Positions 18,207 to 27,674 of a stretch of DNA of 64,000 nucleotides are shown here, piece after piece. Every line of letters begins with the position of its first letter. Position 1 is the stretch's first letter. Position numbers and translations under genes: made by a program. The stretch comes from an uncultured virus (IMG/VR IMGVR_UViG_3300026479_000007) (Duplodnaviria > Heunggongvirae > Uroviricota > Caudoviricetes), in IMG/VR virus record IMGVR_UViG_3300026479_000007, positions 62,001-126,000 of that record. One strand, given 5' to 3'. The notes under the pieces are model-generated. The model was not told where the DNA came from. It made no database searches and saw only the letters and a list, made by a program, of their open reading frames with translations.

Positions 18207-19820
18207 TTATTTAAATGTTGTATAATTTATATCTCCTTTTTTATTCTTAAAAAAATTAATATGTTGTGCTTTTCCGTTTTTATGAATTATAACATGAGAT
18301 TGTAACCAAGAACTTGGACCATTATTATAACCTACTCTTAATTTTGTTGAAGTACCAACTGCAAGAGCACCATCCTTTCTTTGTGGACTATGGTAATGAC
18401 CCACAACAATTTTTGTATTTAATTTTCTATATTGTAATAAACTACCTCTTGAACCATTCGAACCAACATCTCCATGTTGACCTAATTCCCAATCTAAAAC
18501 TTTATATGAATCTCTTCTTCCTAAAGTTTTGAAATTTGGAAATTTATTATTTATAATGGAAGGTATAATACCTTTTACATTTTCAGGGTGTTCTGCATAT
18601 TGTTTCAACAAAATAGAAGAGTATTCCATATATAAAGGGGAATTTTTGGGGGTTGGTTGACGTTTCCAATCTTCATTTTTAACCCATCTATCTAAAAAGT
18701 CATCGTGATTACTTCTTACAATAACTACATTTTCATACTTTTCAAAAGTTTCTAAACCTTCTAAAAGTTCATCAACTTCTTTTTTAAGATTATTCTTATC
18801 ATTTATCTCTTTTGAGTATTGAATAAATGGGTCTTTCATATCATGATGTGAAATTGAATATCCATCAAAAACATCATGCAAAACTACATGTTTAGGTTTG
18901 ATTTTATTTAACATCTTATGAGTAACATCTAACACTTCTTGTTCATGATGTCCCCAGTGTAAATCACCTAAAATACAAGCTTCTATATCTTTAATATCTT
19001 TAATGATTGTTTTTGAATTCTTAACATCATAAGTAACCTCTTTGTACAAATCTAAAAAATCACCATTATCTTCAGCGGAAACTTGTCTTATATAAAATGT
19101 TTCATCATCTTCAATTTCAACTACTACAAAACCTATTACGTGATGAAACTCACCTTTCTTTCCAGCTTTAGAATCAGTATAATTTTTTTCAGTACAAGCT
19201 CCAGTGGTAACCATCATTTTTGACTTTTCACCTTCTATTACTGGTATCATTTCCATTTGTAATTTAGGAGAGCCAAATATACAAGAGTTAACACCAGAAA
19301 TAGATTGCATACCAGTCATTGGATTAACTGCAGTAGGATGAATCTTAATGTCAGACATAATTGAAACATACTTATGTATATCGTGTCTATTGGCATCAAG
19401 ATATGGTTGAACCATTTCATCCCATCTTTCATCTTCTTCTTGTTCATCAGACCATACAGATGTTGGATTTTTATAACGTCCAGCAATAACGTGTATATCT
19501 GCGTCTATGTGTTTAGAATATTTAATTAAATTTTTGAAAAACCTTTCATTTACTGGAGTATTATTTTGTGCCCAAGTTACAATAAATTTCTTTTTCTTTT
19601 TATTGAAAATTCTTTTTTGAGCTTTAACATACTCTTCTGGGATACTTTCTTTTTTTTCGCTTAAGTTCAACTTTTCTGAAGCCCACTTTCTAACTGTTCT
19701 TTCACTTTTACCAGTTAGTTTCATAAGCTTTTCCATTCTTTTGTCCCAACTTAACTCTTTGTCTTTATAAATTTTAGTGAAGCGTTTTATGTCGCTTTTT
19801 GTCATATCTTTAAAATTCAT
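18207..19820 (-). CDS. Calcineurin-like metallophosphoesterase with N-terminal HTH
   Basis: GDLHWG, HDVFDG, SNHDD, HGD and GHYH motifs in order; N-terminal GKSERTVRKW helix-turn-helix. Confidence 0.75.
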   Translation of the reverse strand: MNFKDMTKSDIKRFTKIYKDKELSWDKRMEKLMKLTGKSERTVRKWASEKLNLSEKKESIPEEYVKAQKRIFNKKKKKFIVTWAQNNTPVNERFFKNLIKYSKHIDADIHVIAGRYKNPTSVWSDEQEEDERWDEMVQPYLDANRHDIHKYVSIMSDIKIHPTAVNPMTGMQSISGVNSCIFGSPKLQMEMIPVIEGEKSKMMVTTGACTEKNYTDSKAGKKGEFHHVIGFVVVEIEDDETFYIRQVSAEDNGDFLDLYKEVTYDVKNSKTIIKDIKDIEACILGDLHWGHHEQEVLDVTHKMLNKIKPKHVVLHDVFDGYSISHHDMKDPFIQYSKEINDKNNLKKEVDELLEGLETFEKYENVVIVRSNHDDFLDRWVKNEDWKRQPTPKNSPLYMEYSSILLKQYAEHPENVKGIIPSIINNKFPNFKTLGRRDSYKVLDWELGQHGDVGSNGSRGSLLQYRKLNTKIVVGHYHSPQRKDGALAVGTSTKLRVGYNNGPSSWLQSHVIIHKNGKAQHINFFKNKKGDINYTTFK

Positions 19821-19849
19821 TGAACTACTGTTATTAATTATTTGAGTAG

Positions 19850-19881
19850 CAAATTAAAGACTTTTTTTTATAAAAAACAAA
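19850..19881 (-). promoter_or_regulatory. Bacteroidota-type promoter (TTTG-N20-TTAATTTG)
   Basis: -33/-7-like elements upstream of ATG 19820; the -7 element is imperfect. Confidence 0.4.
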
Positions 19882-19884
19882 TTT

Positions 19885-20103
19885 TTATTTATTTCTTTTA
19901 ATTCCAAAGTTAGATTTATACCATAATCTCTCATGAATATAATAAAGAATCATTTTACTTATAACTTCAACACCTCCAATTGAAAAACCAATCATCCAAT
20001 TATTTGTCAAAAACCAACTAATTATTATAGTATCTATTGTTCCTAATAATCTCCAAGTTATAGTTTTGGCAATATGTCTTTTATGACTTATTTCTAGTTT
20101 CAT
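19885..20103 (-). CDS. DUF2061 membrane protein
   Basis: RHIAKTITWRLLGTIDT...KMILYYIHERLW; start more likely ATG 20103 than 20235 because of overlap with the upstream gene. Confidence 0.8.
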   Translation of the reverse strand: MKLEISHKRHIAKTITWRLLGTIDTIIISWFLTNNWMIGFSIGGVEVISKMILYYIHERLWYKSNFGIKRNK

Positions 20104-20548
20104 ATAAATAATTTTCAACATCTCCCTGGATTGATTCATCAACCATCTCTCTCCAAGAGTTATTACCTTCTTTAATTGATTCCCTAATCTTAGTGGCTGA
20201 AATAAACCCAATCTCTTCTGTTGGTCTGTATTCATTAATCTCGTATCCTACACCTCTACCATAATTAACCGATTCAATATCAGGTATAATCATTACCTTT
20301 ACATCATCACCTTTAGAATTATGATACTTTTCAATCATACTTACAGTTTGTTCTGTTGTAAAAGGATTCTTTTCATCTGGTTCAATATCTCTAACCATAA
20401 TAAGTACTGGAACACCCTCATCCAACTTTTGTTGAATTAAATTGATATGCCCATAATGGTATGGTTGATATCTACCAACGAATATCGCATATTTCTTATC
20501 TTTGTTTTTGGTGGGTTCACCTCCATGATTTTTCTTTTCCCAACTCAT
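20081..20548 (-). CDS. HIGH-family (cytidylyltransferase-like) nucleotidyltransferase; candidate minimal sulfate adenylyltransferase
   Basis: GRYQPYHYGH, NPFT and ISATKIR motifs; start overlaps the cysC stop. Confidence 0.7.
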   Translation of the reverse strand: MSWEKKNHGGEPTKNKDKKYAIFVGRYQPYHYGHINLIQQKLDEGVPVLIMVRDIEPDEKNPFTTEQTVSMIEKYHNSKGDDVKVMIIPDIESVNYGRGVGYEINEYRPTEEIGFISATKIRESIKEGNNSWREMVDESIQGDVENYLYETRNKS

Positions 20549-21120
20549 AAATTTTTATAAATAAATTCTACACTATCTTCTATACTCATCTTGTCTGTTC
20601 TAATAAACATATTAGGGTTTTTAGGTTCTTCATAAGGTGAATCTATACCTGTAAACATAGGTATTTCTCCAGCTCTAGCCTTTTTATACAACCCTTTTGG
20701 GTCACGCTCTTCACAAGTTTCTAATGGTGTTTTAATATAAATTTCAACAAAATTATCTTTGCCTATTATCTCTTTAGCCATTTGTCTTTCATTTTCAAAT
20801 GGCGAAATGAAAGCTGTGATAACTATAGCACCTAAATCAATCATTAAATTTGCAACTTCAGCTATTCTTCTAATATTTTCCTTTCTATCATCATCAGAAA
20901 AACTCAAATCTTTATTAAGACCCATTCTAACATTGTCACCATCTAAAATATAAGCTAATTTACCTTCATTATGCAATTTAGATGCTAACTCATTTGCTAT
21001 AGTTGATTTACCAGAACCAGATAATCCAGTTAACCAAATAACTTGAGGTTTTTGTTTTAATATTTCTATTCTTTCTTTTTGAGTTATTAAAAAATTTTGA
21101 GAAATTATATTTTTATTCAT
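20545..21120 (-). CDS. cysC: Adenylyl-sulfate (APS) kinase
   Basis: WLTGLSGSGKST, LDGDNVR, ENIRRIAEVA, RDPKGLYKKARAGEI..FTGIDSPYE. Confidence 0.97.
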   Translation of the reverse strand: MNKNIISQNFLITQKERIEILKQKPQVIWLTGLSGSGKSTIANELASKLHNEGKLAYILDGDNVRMGLNKDLSFSDDDRKENIRRIAEVANLMIDLGAIVITAFISPFENERQMAKEIIGKDNFVEIYIKTPLETCEERDPKGLYKKARAGEIPMFTGIDSPYEEPKNPNMFIRTDKMSIEDSVEFIYKNL

Positions 21121-21129
21121 TGTTTTATA

Positions 21130-21753
21130 TTATTTTTTTTCATATATATCATCAACATTTATTTTTTTTATCAACTGATATCCATTATTTGATAATATTT
21201 TTTGAATTAAAGTATTGTTATAATTATTTTCAACAATAATTAATTTTATTTTCACTTTGTCGAAATCTATACTTTTTATTATATCAATTTCACCACCTTC
21301 AGTATCTATAGTGCAAAAATCAATCTCATTAATATTATGCTTATTTAATAAATTATTTAACAATTCTGTTTTAACTTTTATAATTTCAATTCCTTTATTT
21401 TTAGGATTTTTTATTTCTTGCTCAATTCTTTTTTTATGTTTTTCATCATAAGAGTCAACTATTCCACTTAAACCTTTGCCCCACCCTGATATATCCATAA
21501 AATCAACTTCATCAACCTTATTAGATAGTGCGTAATTTTCACATATACATGTTCTATTATTCTCAAGTAATTTAAAGCGTTTAGGGCTGGGTTCTATACA
21601 CATCCCATACCATCCAATATCTTCAAAAAATTTTGTATTACTTTTATCTATTCCATCATCTGCACCTATCTCTAAGAATACACCATTTTTTTTATTTTTA
21701 AAATATTTTTCATATAACCATTTATCTTGACCATATTGACTATAAAACTTCAT
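21130..21753 (-). CDS. FkbM family methyltransferase
   Basis: YSQYGQD, FLEIGADDG, CIEP and IDTEGGE motifs. Confidence 0.9.
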   Translation of the reverse strand: MKFYSQYGQDKWLYEKYFKNKKNGVFLEIGADDGIDKSNTKFFEDIGWYGMCIEPSPKRFKLLENNRTCICENYALSNKVDEVDFMDISGWGKGLSGIVDSYDEKHKKRIEQEIKNPKNKGIEIIKVKTELLNNLLNKHNINEIDFCTIDTEGGEIDIIKSIDFDKVKIKLIIVENNYNNTLIQKILSNNGYQLIKKINVDDIYEKK

Positions 21754-21767
21754 ATTATTATTATTAT

Positions 21768-22616
21768 TTAAATTATTATTTTTTTATTTTCAATTTCTTT
21801 TATTTTTTTATATATTACTTCCCATATATTATATTCATTGAGTATTAACATCCTTGCTTCTTTTAGTGAATTTTTTTCAGTTTTTGTTAAAGGTTTTTTA
21901 ATAATTTCATTTATATCATCTAAAGGATTACTACTATTAATATCAATTAATCTATAACTATCTTTTGGAAAGTAATTTTCTATATTTGGACACCCCCAAT
22001 AAATTGGCATACACCAAGACAAATAAGCATCAGCTAACTTTTCAGTCCAATAATTTTTTTGTTGTGAATTTTCCATAACAATAGTATATTCATAATCAAT
22101 TAAACCTTCAAATTTACAATTTCCATCATAATTTAAAATGCCCTTATAATTATCGCCATAATATTTTTCATTGTGACCCTTTCCATATAATTCAATATTA
22201 TTTTTTGTTTTAAATAAATTTTTAATATATTCATTTCTGTGAGTATGTTTTGAAGAGGCAACACAACTAATCTTTTTACTTTTATTTGGATATTTTAATT
22301 CTGTTAATTGTTTATAAGATTTATTCAACCAATAAGTGACACCAGTATTTTTTAAATTATAATCTACTATATGTTTATATTTTAAATTTCTATAAGGTCT
22401 TATATAATTTGGTTCTCTTTTTATAAAAATTGTTTTTTCAATTGGAGTATTTGTTGCAAAAACTTCTAAGACAATAAAATAATCAGCTTCATTCATATTT
22501 ATTGTTCCAACCAAATCTTTCCAAACACCATCACTATTTGGAGTTTGTTTGGAATATCTTTCTAAAAGTTTTCGATTGTCTTCATTCCAATTGTTTATAA
22601 AAAATATTTTTTTCAT
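21768..22616 (-). CDS. Glycosyltransferase family 10-like (fucosyltransferase)
   Basis: YEYTIVMENS...YWTEKLADAY...PIYWG motif. Confidence 0.85.
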   Translation of the reverse strand: MKKIFFINNWNEDNRKLLERYSKQTPNSDGVWKDLVGTINMNEADYFIVLEVFATNTPIEKTIFIKREPNYIRPYRNLKYKHIVDYNLKNTGVTYWLNKSYKQLTELKYPNKSKKISCVASSKHTHRNEYIKNLFKTKNNIELYGKGHNEKYYGDNYKGILNYDGNCKFEGLIDYEYTIVMENSQQKNYWTEKLADAYLSWCMPIYWGCPNIENYFPKDSYRLIDINSSNPLDDINEIIKKPLTKTEKNSLKEARMLILNEYNIWEVIYKKIKEIENKKIII

Positions 22617-23215
22617 TAAAATTTAAATTTAAATAATTCTATATCTTTAGCATATATCTCAGAAACAATATCTTTAGTTTCATTATCATAATAATCTTTA
22701 TATTTTTTATAACTTTTTTTACTTACATTTTTAACACTTAAGTTAGGAATTATTTTTTTAAATTTTAAATCTAACTCAATATCTTCTAATTTAAAAACGT
22801 AATCCAATAACATCAAACCTTCATTATTATAAATATACTTATTTTGAGATTCCCAACCTTGATGTTTTAAAAAGTTATTATCTTCTTTAAAAGCTTGTAA
22901 AGTTTCTTTAAAGTTAAGTTTTATTAAATTTTTATAATCTGGGTGAGCTCCATATATAGAATTACCACTAACTGAATGCCAATGACTTTCAGGCATTCTA
23001 GCGTATTCATAATTAGACACTACTCTATCCCAAGGATTTCTAATAACACAAAACTTTATATAATTTTCCCATTGATTTGGAAAGTTACTTTTATAAAAAG
23101 AAGGCAAATGATGACCTTTAAAAGAAAAATTCATCCCTTCTGAGTCAGTTATTGATGTCCCAGCATTCTTTGGGATATGTATAAAAATTAATTTATTTTT
23201 ATGTGATATTGGCAT
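22616..23215 (-). CDS. Sulfotransferase family 2 protein
   Basis: FIHIPKNAGTS (5'-PSB loop), IRNPWDRVVS (3'-PB), C-terminal YAKDIELFKF. Confidence 0.9.
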   Translation of the reverse strand: MPISHKNKLIFIHIPKNAGTSITDSEGMNFSFKGHHLPSFYKSNFPNQWENYIKFCVIRNPWDRVVSNYEYARMPESHWHSVSGNSIYGAHPDYKNLIKLNFKETLQAFKEDNNFLKHQGWESQNKYIYNNEGLMLLDYVFKLEDIELDLKFKKIIPNLSVKNVSKKSYKKYKDYYDNETKDIVSEIYAKDIELFKFKF

Positions 23216-23217
23216 AA

Positions 23218-23808
23218 TTATCTTAAATGTTTATTATTAGTTATAATATTTTCTATATCTGAAAATCCTGGCTTTTGCCATGCTATTGTTGGATTGCATA
23301 TAAAAGAATTAATGTTAGGTAATAATTCAGATAATAACACATCAACTTTAAATTCTCTTTCTTTAAATTTGTTTAACATTTTTTCAACAATCTCTTTTCT
23401 AATAATAAAAGCGTGTGTACAATATACTTTTTTAGCTAAATATAAAAAATCATTATATTTAATTTTATCTCCAACATTCCAACCACCTAAAAATAATAAA
23501 TCCCAATTTTCTGGTAAAGTTTTAGTTATTTTTTCTAAATCATTAATAAAATTTTCACCAACTTCAACATCATCTTCAAAAATTATAAAAAAATCTTCAT
23601 CTAACTCTTTTACTTTTTCCAACAATCTTATATGCGAATCTCTACATCCTCTCCAACCTCTTTCAAACATTGGTTTATTTGAGAAACTTTCTTTGCCATC
23701 AGTTGCTGAAAACCTTTCCCATTTTAAAGGTAATTTTATTTCAGATATTCTATCTACTCTTCTATCTAAGTTTATAACAAAAGTTTTTGTTTTTTCTAAA
23801 TTTATCAT
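23218..23808 (-). CDS. Glycosyltransferase family 25
   Basis: VINLDRRVDR, FSATDG, GCRDSH, IFEDD, WDLLFLG, CTHAFII. Confidence 0.9.
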   Translation of the reverse strand: MINLEKTKTFVINLDRRVDRISEIKLPLKWERFSATDGKESFSNKPMFERGWRGCRDSHIRLLEKVKELDEDFFIIFEDDVEVGENFINDLEKITKTLPENWDLLFLGGWNVGDKIKYNDFLYLAKKVYCTHAFIIRKEIVEKMLNKFKEREFKVDVLLSELLPNINSFICNPTIAWQKPGFSDIENIITNNKHLR

Positions 23809-23809
23809 T

Positions 23810-24478
23810 TTATTTTTCCCATTTTTTAATTATTTCACAATGTATAGGTGTTTCTTTAGAGTGTAAATCATCATATATTGTATATTTATTTTTCATTTTT
23901 GGATTGTATATAAAAAACTCTTTAGCTTTTCTTGCAATACTTATCATTTTTACATTTTGTTTTTTGCAAATATCCGATAAATATATATCTGCTTTATTTG
24001 GTGTTTTAAAATCTTTTAATTTTAAATCTAAAACTTCTAAATCTATTCTACAACAACCAGTACCTATAACATCTACTTCAGTATCTTTGTCTAATGCAGA
24101 ATTTGAATGCAAAACTATTCTGTCTTTATAATAATTTTTACAAGGATATTTTATTATTGAAGCATGAATACCAATTACTGGGTTGTTGTTTTTTAATAAA
24201 TGCTCAATATAATTTTTTTTATATATCAAATCATCATCACACGCAAAATAAAAATGACCTTTATATTCATCTACTTTGTAAAATTTAGCAGCATCTCCTA
24301 AGGAGTTATCCAATAAATAACTTTCTATTTTTTCTTTTTTTAAGAAACTAGGCACTTCTTTATAATTGTTTAATCCTACTATAATTTTATCTACTTGATT
24401 ATATAGAGAATTTACAGTATCTCTAAGGCATTCTTCTCTTTCAGGCAAACTTGCAATTCCTACTACTTTTAATTTCAT
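23810..24478 (-). CDS. Glycosyltransferase family 2-like
   Basis: IASLPER, SLYNQVD, GDAAKF, CDDDLIY, GTG. Confidence 0.75.
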   Translation of the reverse strand: MKLKVVGIASLPEREECLRDTVNSLYNQVDKIIVGLNNYKEVPSFLKKEKIESYLLDNSLGDAAKFYKVDEYKGHFYFACDDDLIYKKNYIEHLLKNNNPVIGIHASIIKYPCKNYYKDRIVLHSNSALDKDTEVDVIGTGCCRIDLEVLDLKLKDFKTPNKADIYLSDICKKQNVKMISIARKAKEFFIYNPKMKNKYTIYDDLHSKETPIHCEIIKKWEK

Positions 24479-25188
24479 ATTATTTCAAAATTTTCATTCA
24501 TTTCTGGTTCAATATATTCAAAATCTTTAGCTAATTTTTTAGTGATACTTTTTCTATATTCACTACCATAACCAGTTTCTCTTTTTTGAGTTAAGGATTC
24601 AGAATGAATTCTTCTTAAATAAAGAGGTTTTCTGATTATATATCTCTTAAATTTTTTAGTTCTCATTTCAAAATCACTATCAGCACCCACTTTCCAAGCT
24701 TTATAACCACCTATTTCTTTCCATACGCTCCATTTGACAGCAGCTATACCTTCCATTTCTTTTGGACTTAAACTATTCTTACCATCTTCAGTAAAATTTT
24801 GACAATGATACAAAACTAAGTCATTTTCTTTTAAGTGAGGCTCTACAGTTTCTAACAAATTATTTATTTGAATATCATCAGCACCAACAGTTATAGTTTT
24901 GTCAAAATTTACATTATTAAGTAAAGAGTTTAAAGTTACAAAAGTACCTTTATTCTCTTTGAAATTTATAACTTTTAAGTTTTTGTATTTATTTTTTATT
25001 TTCTTTACTTCATTTAATGTATCTAAACAACCATCTATACCTAATAAAATTTCATAATTATCTTTTTTTTGAAATAATGTTTGATTTTGAATTGAATCTA
25101 AACAACTTTCAATATATTTTTGTGCCTGATAAGCTGGTACTATTACACTCCAACCTTCTTGAATATTTCTTTCTGAAAATTTTTTCAT
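24475..25188 (-). CDS. Glycosyltransferase family 2
   Basis: SVIVPAY, CLDSIQNQT, IDGC, GADD, IGGY..GADSDF..R. Confidence 0.9.
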   Translation of the reverse strand: MKKFSERNIQEGWSVIVPAYQAQKYIESCLDSIQNQTLFQKKDNYEILLGIDGCLDTLNEVKKIKNKYKNLKVINFKENKGTFVTLNSLLNNVNFDKTITVGADDIQINNLLETVEPHLKENDLVLYHCQNFTEDGKNSLSPKEMEGIAAVKWSVWKEIGGYKAWKVGADSDFEMRTKKFKRYIIRKPLYLRRIHSESLTQKRETGYGSEYRKSITKKLAKDFEYIEPEMNENFEII

Positions 25189-25478
25189 TTCTTTTCGATT
25201 AAAAGTTCATTTTTGTTTAAAAAAGGAAATTCTTTCAACATTTCCTCTACATTTTTTTTAAGATTTTCTATTTTTTTAATATATTTTTCTCTTTCTTCTT
25301 CTGGTAATACAATAGGATTTAAACAGTCAATATATGTTTCTTTGTTTCTAATAGGAATAAAAATACTATGATATTCTTCATTATATGTAAAAGTTTGTTT
25401 TATATTATTAATATATTCTGAAACTTCTACATTATCTAAATTTCCTATATTTATATAGTGAACTATTATTGGTTTCAT
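25185..25478 (-). CDS. Hypothetical protein
   Basis: 97 aa ORF translationally coupled in the operon. Confidence 0.65.
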   Translation of the reverse strand: MKPIIVHYINIGNLDNVEVSEYINNIKQTFTYNEEYHSIFIPIRNKETYIDCLNPIVLPEEEREKYIKKIENLKKNVEEMLKEFPFLNKNELLIEKK

Positions 25479-25482
25479 ATCA

Positions 25483-26265
25483 TTAAATTAATTCAAATTT
25501 GTTTAAAGGAAAATCTAACTCTTGATAACATCCTTCAATTTGATTAAAATCCATATTTTTATAGTCAACTTCTAAGTCATCCAATATAAAAGAAGTGTTT
25601 AATTTTTCAATACTTTCAGTTTCTTTTGCTAAACCACTAACTAAAACACTCTCTTTGAAAGAAGACATATTTTTTCTGGGGAAATTATCAAATATTTGTA
25701 ATCCGCTCTCATAATCTTCCAAAGAACTAAAAGAAACTTTTTTTGTCAACTTCTTTATTTCTTTTGTTCTAAAGATATGTCCATTTAAAGATAAAGGATA
25801 ACCAAAATCCAAATAATGAACTTGCCAATCCCACATAATGTACTTATCATCTTCATAGTTAGGTCTTATAATATTATCAGCATCCATCGTATGACACTTT
25901 ATAGTATTTTTACCTAACCTCATAGAGAAACAAAATGTATCTTTATCATCTCTCAATTGAGTAACCAAATCTTCTTCCTTAACTTTACTAAAAAGAATAT
26001 TGTCATCTGTAAAGAAACAAGTATAATCACTTTTTGACTTTTCTAATAAGTCTAAAATTTTTTCTTTAAAATCTTCTACCCCTTCTACCCAATTAATTTT
26101 AGGATATTTCTTGATTAACTTTTCATAACCTAAATTATAACTATAGTTTGTAGAAGTATATACAACACTCAAATCAAAAATATCATTTGAATTTACATCA
26201 ATAGATGATAATAAAAGGTTTAATTGTACTGGATTGTTTTGTGAAATTATTATACCATTAATCAT
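25483..26265 (-). CDS. GT-A fold-like protein (putative glycosyltransferase)
   Basis: QLNLLLSSI, FFTDDNIL, FSMRLG, YPLSLNGHIF; lies within the GT cluster. Confidence 0.5.
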   Translation of the reverse strand: MINGIIISQNNPVQLNLLLSSIDVNSNDIFDLSVVYTSTNYSYNLGYEKLIKKYPKINWVEGVEDFKEKILDLLEKSKSDYTCFFTDDNILFSKVKEEDLVTQLRDDKDTFCFSMRLGKNTIKCHTMDADNIIRPNYEDDKYIMWDWQVHYLDFGYPLSLNGHIFRTKEIKKLTKKVSFSSLEDYESGLQIFDNFPRKNMSSFKESVLVSGLAKETESIEKLNTSFILDDLEVDYKNMDFNQIEGCYQELDFPLNKFELI

Positions 26266-27127
26266 TTTCTTCTAATTTTTCTGTTTTATAACTTTCTAAT
26301 TTTTCGAAACTTTTCTTTCTATTAACATCAATATAGGTAGTTAACTGCAATTCTCTTTGTAGTCTATTATCGGATATTGGATTATCTACATTGTGTATAT
26401 ACATTTCTTCTTTATTAAAGAACACATGCTCCTTACCAGCCATTTCAAACATGGGTAAAAACATACAAACATCATATTTAACTTTATACCAATTGCCTGA
26501 TTTATCTTTCATACATTCAAAATTTTCATCTTGTTCTGCAATTTTACTATAAAGACCAGCTTTAAAAGTTCTTATGTGAGGTATTATAAAAGGTATTTTT
26601 CTTAAATCCTCAAATTCTTCTTTTGTATACTCTTTATGATTATATGTTTGACTATTGTTAGAACTTTTTGAATTCCCATACATTAACCAACACTCTTCAT
26701 TTTTGTTATAAAAATCATTAATTTGAGATAAAACTCTCTTATTAACAAGCCAATCATCTCCATTTACAATTACAACAATATCTTCTGAGTCTGTAGCAAA
26801 CCTCATTATTCCGTTATGCAAATTAGGAAGAGCAGTAATTCTTTCCCCAGACCTCCAAGCTAAAATATTGCTACAATTAGTTTTGTCTAATAAGTGATGT
26901 TTACTTTCAACTATAGGTTCTCCATTATCATCCATCAAAAGATTTCCTTCACTATCACCTTTATATTTTACAGCAGGTATTTTAGAAAAAGAATCATCTG
27001 TAGAACAATCATCTATAAAAAGAATTTCATAGTTATCATAATCTTGAGTTAGCAAAGAATTTATACACCTATCTAGAAACTTTCCTGGATTATAAAATGG
27101 GACTATGACTTTAATTTTATTTTTCAT
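26258..27127 (-). CDS. Glycosyltransferase family 2
   Basis: VIVPFYN, SLLTQDY, IDDCSTD, NGDDWL. Confidence 0.9.
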   Translation of the reverse strand: MKNKIKVIVPFYNPGKFLDRCINSLLTQDYDNYEILFIDDCSTDDSFSKIPAVKYKGDSEGNLLMDDNGEPIVESKHHLLDKTNCSNILAWRSGERITALPNLHNGIMRFATDSEDIVVIVNGDDWLVNKRVLSQINDFYNKNEECWLMYGNSKSSNNSQTYNHKEYTKEEFEDLRKIPFIIPHIRTFKAGLYSKIAEQDENFECMKDKSGNWYKVKYDVCMFLPMFEMAGKEHVFFNKEEMYIHNVDNPISDNRLQRELQLTTYIDVNRKKSFEKLESYKTEKLEEND

Positions 27128-27216
27128 ATTTATGAATTGTATTATTTCTTATATTAAGCAATATACATTTTTTTTATTAAAAATAAATGAAAAGTGTAAA
27201 AAACTTTTTTTTCAGC

Positions 27217-27223
27217 TATTTAT
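27217..27223 (+). promoter_or_regulatory. Candidate late promoter TATTTAT
   Basis: Recurrent motif upstream of the operon starting at 27260. Confidence 0.45.
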
Positions 27224-27259
27224 TTTTAAAAATTATAAAATTATTAAATATAATTTAAA

Positions 27260-27655
27260 ATGAACAGTAAAAAATTAAACAAATCAAATATTCTTAACCT
27301 TATAAAAGAGGAAGCAGAATTTATTCTTAAAAAAGAAGAGTACTATAAAAAAGTAACTCAAATCAATGAAGAAATTAAAAATCTTTATGAAAATAGAGAT
27401 TTTGTTGGAACTTTTGGATTTCAAGGAGACAATAAAGATAAAAGTGTGTCTGGATTTGTTGATACTCCAAACATTTCTTATATAGCTCAATTAGAAAAAG
27501 AATTTGCTAAACAAGATGAAATTGAAGAAGCTTCTACAATCAATGAAGATGAGTTAAATGAAATAGATGAGTTAAAAAAAGAAAATAAAAATTTAAAAAA
27601 GCAAATAGAAGAAATTACAGCATTTATATCAGAAATGAAAAAAGCTGACAAATAA
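27260..27655 (+). CDS. Acidic/coiled-coil putative internal head protein
   Basis: N-terminal KLNKSNILNLIKEE motif shared with neighbouring genes; several [IL]xE sites. Confidence 0.55.
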   Translation: MNSKKLNKSNILNLIKEEAEFILKKEEYYKKVTQINEEIKNLYENRDFVGTFGFQGDNKDKSVSGFVDTPNISYIAQLEKEFAKQDEIEEASTINEDELNEIDELKKENKNLKKQIEEITAFISEMKKADK

Positions 27656-27674
27656 TAATTAAAATAACAAAAAA

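Noticed and set aside
20104..20235. N-terminal extension of the DUF2061 ORF (track start 20235)
   Set aside because: It overlaps the nucleotidyltransferase gene extensively; the recognisable domain begins after ATG 20103.
19885..27127. Bacterial chromosomal LPS/capsule locus (host contamination or prophage boundary)
   Set aside because: No flippase, polymerase, export or nucleotide-sugar synthesis genes; composition and gene spacing match the flanking phage genes; no integrase or att site seen.
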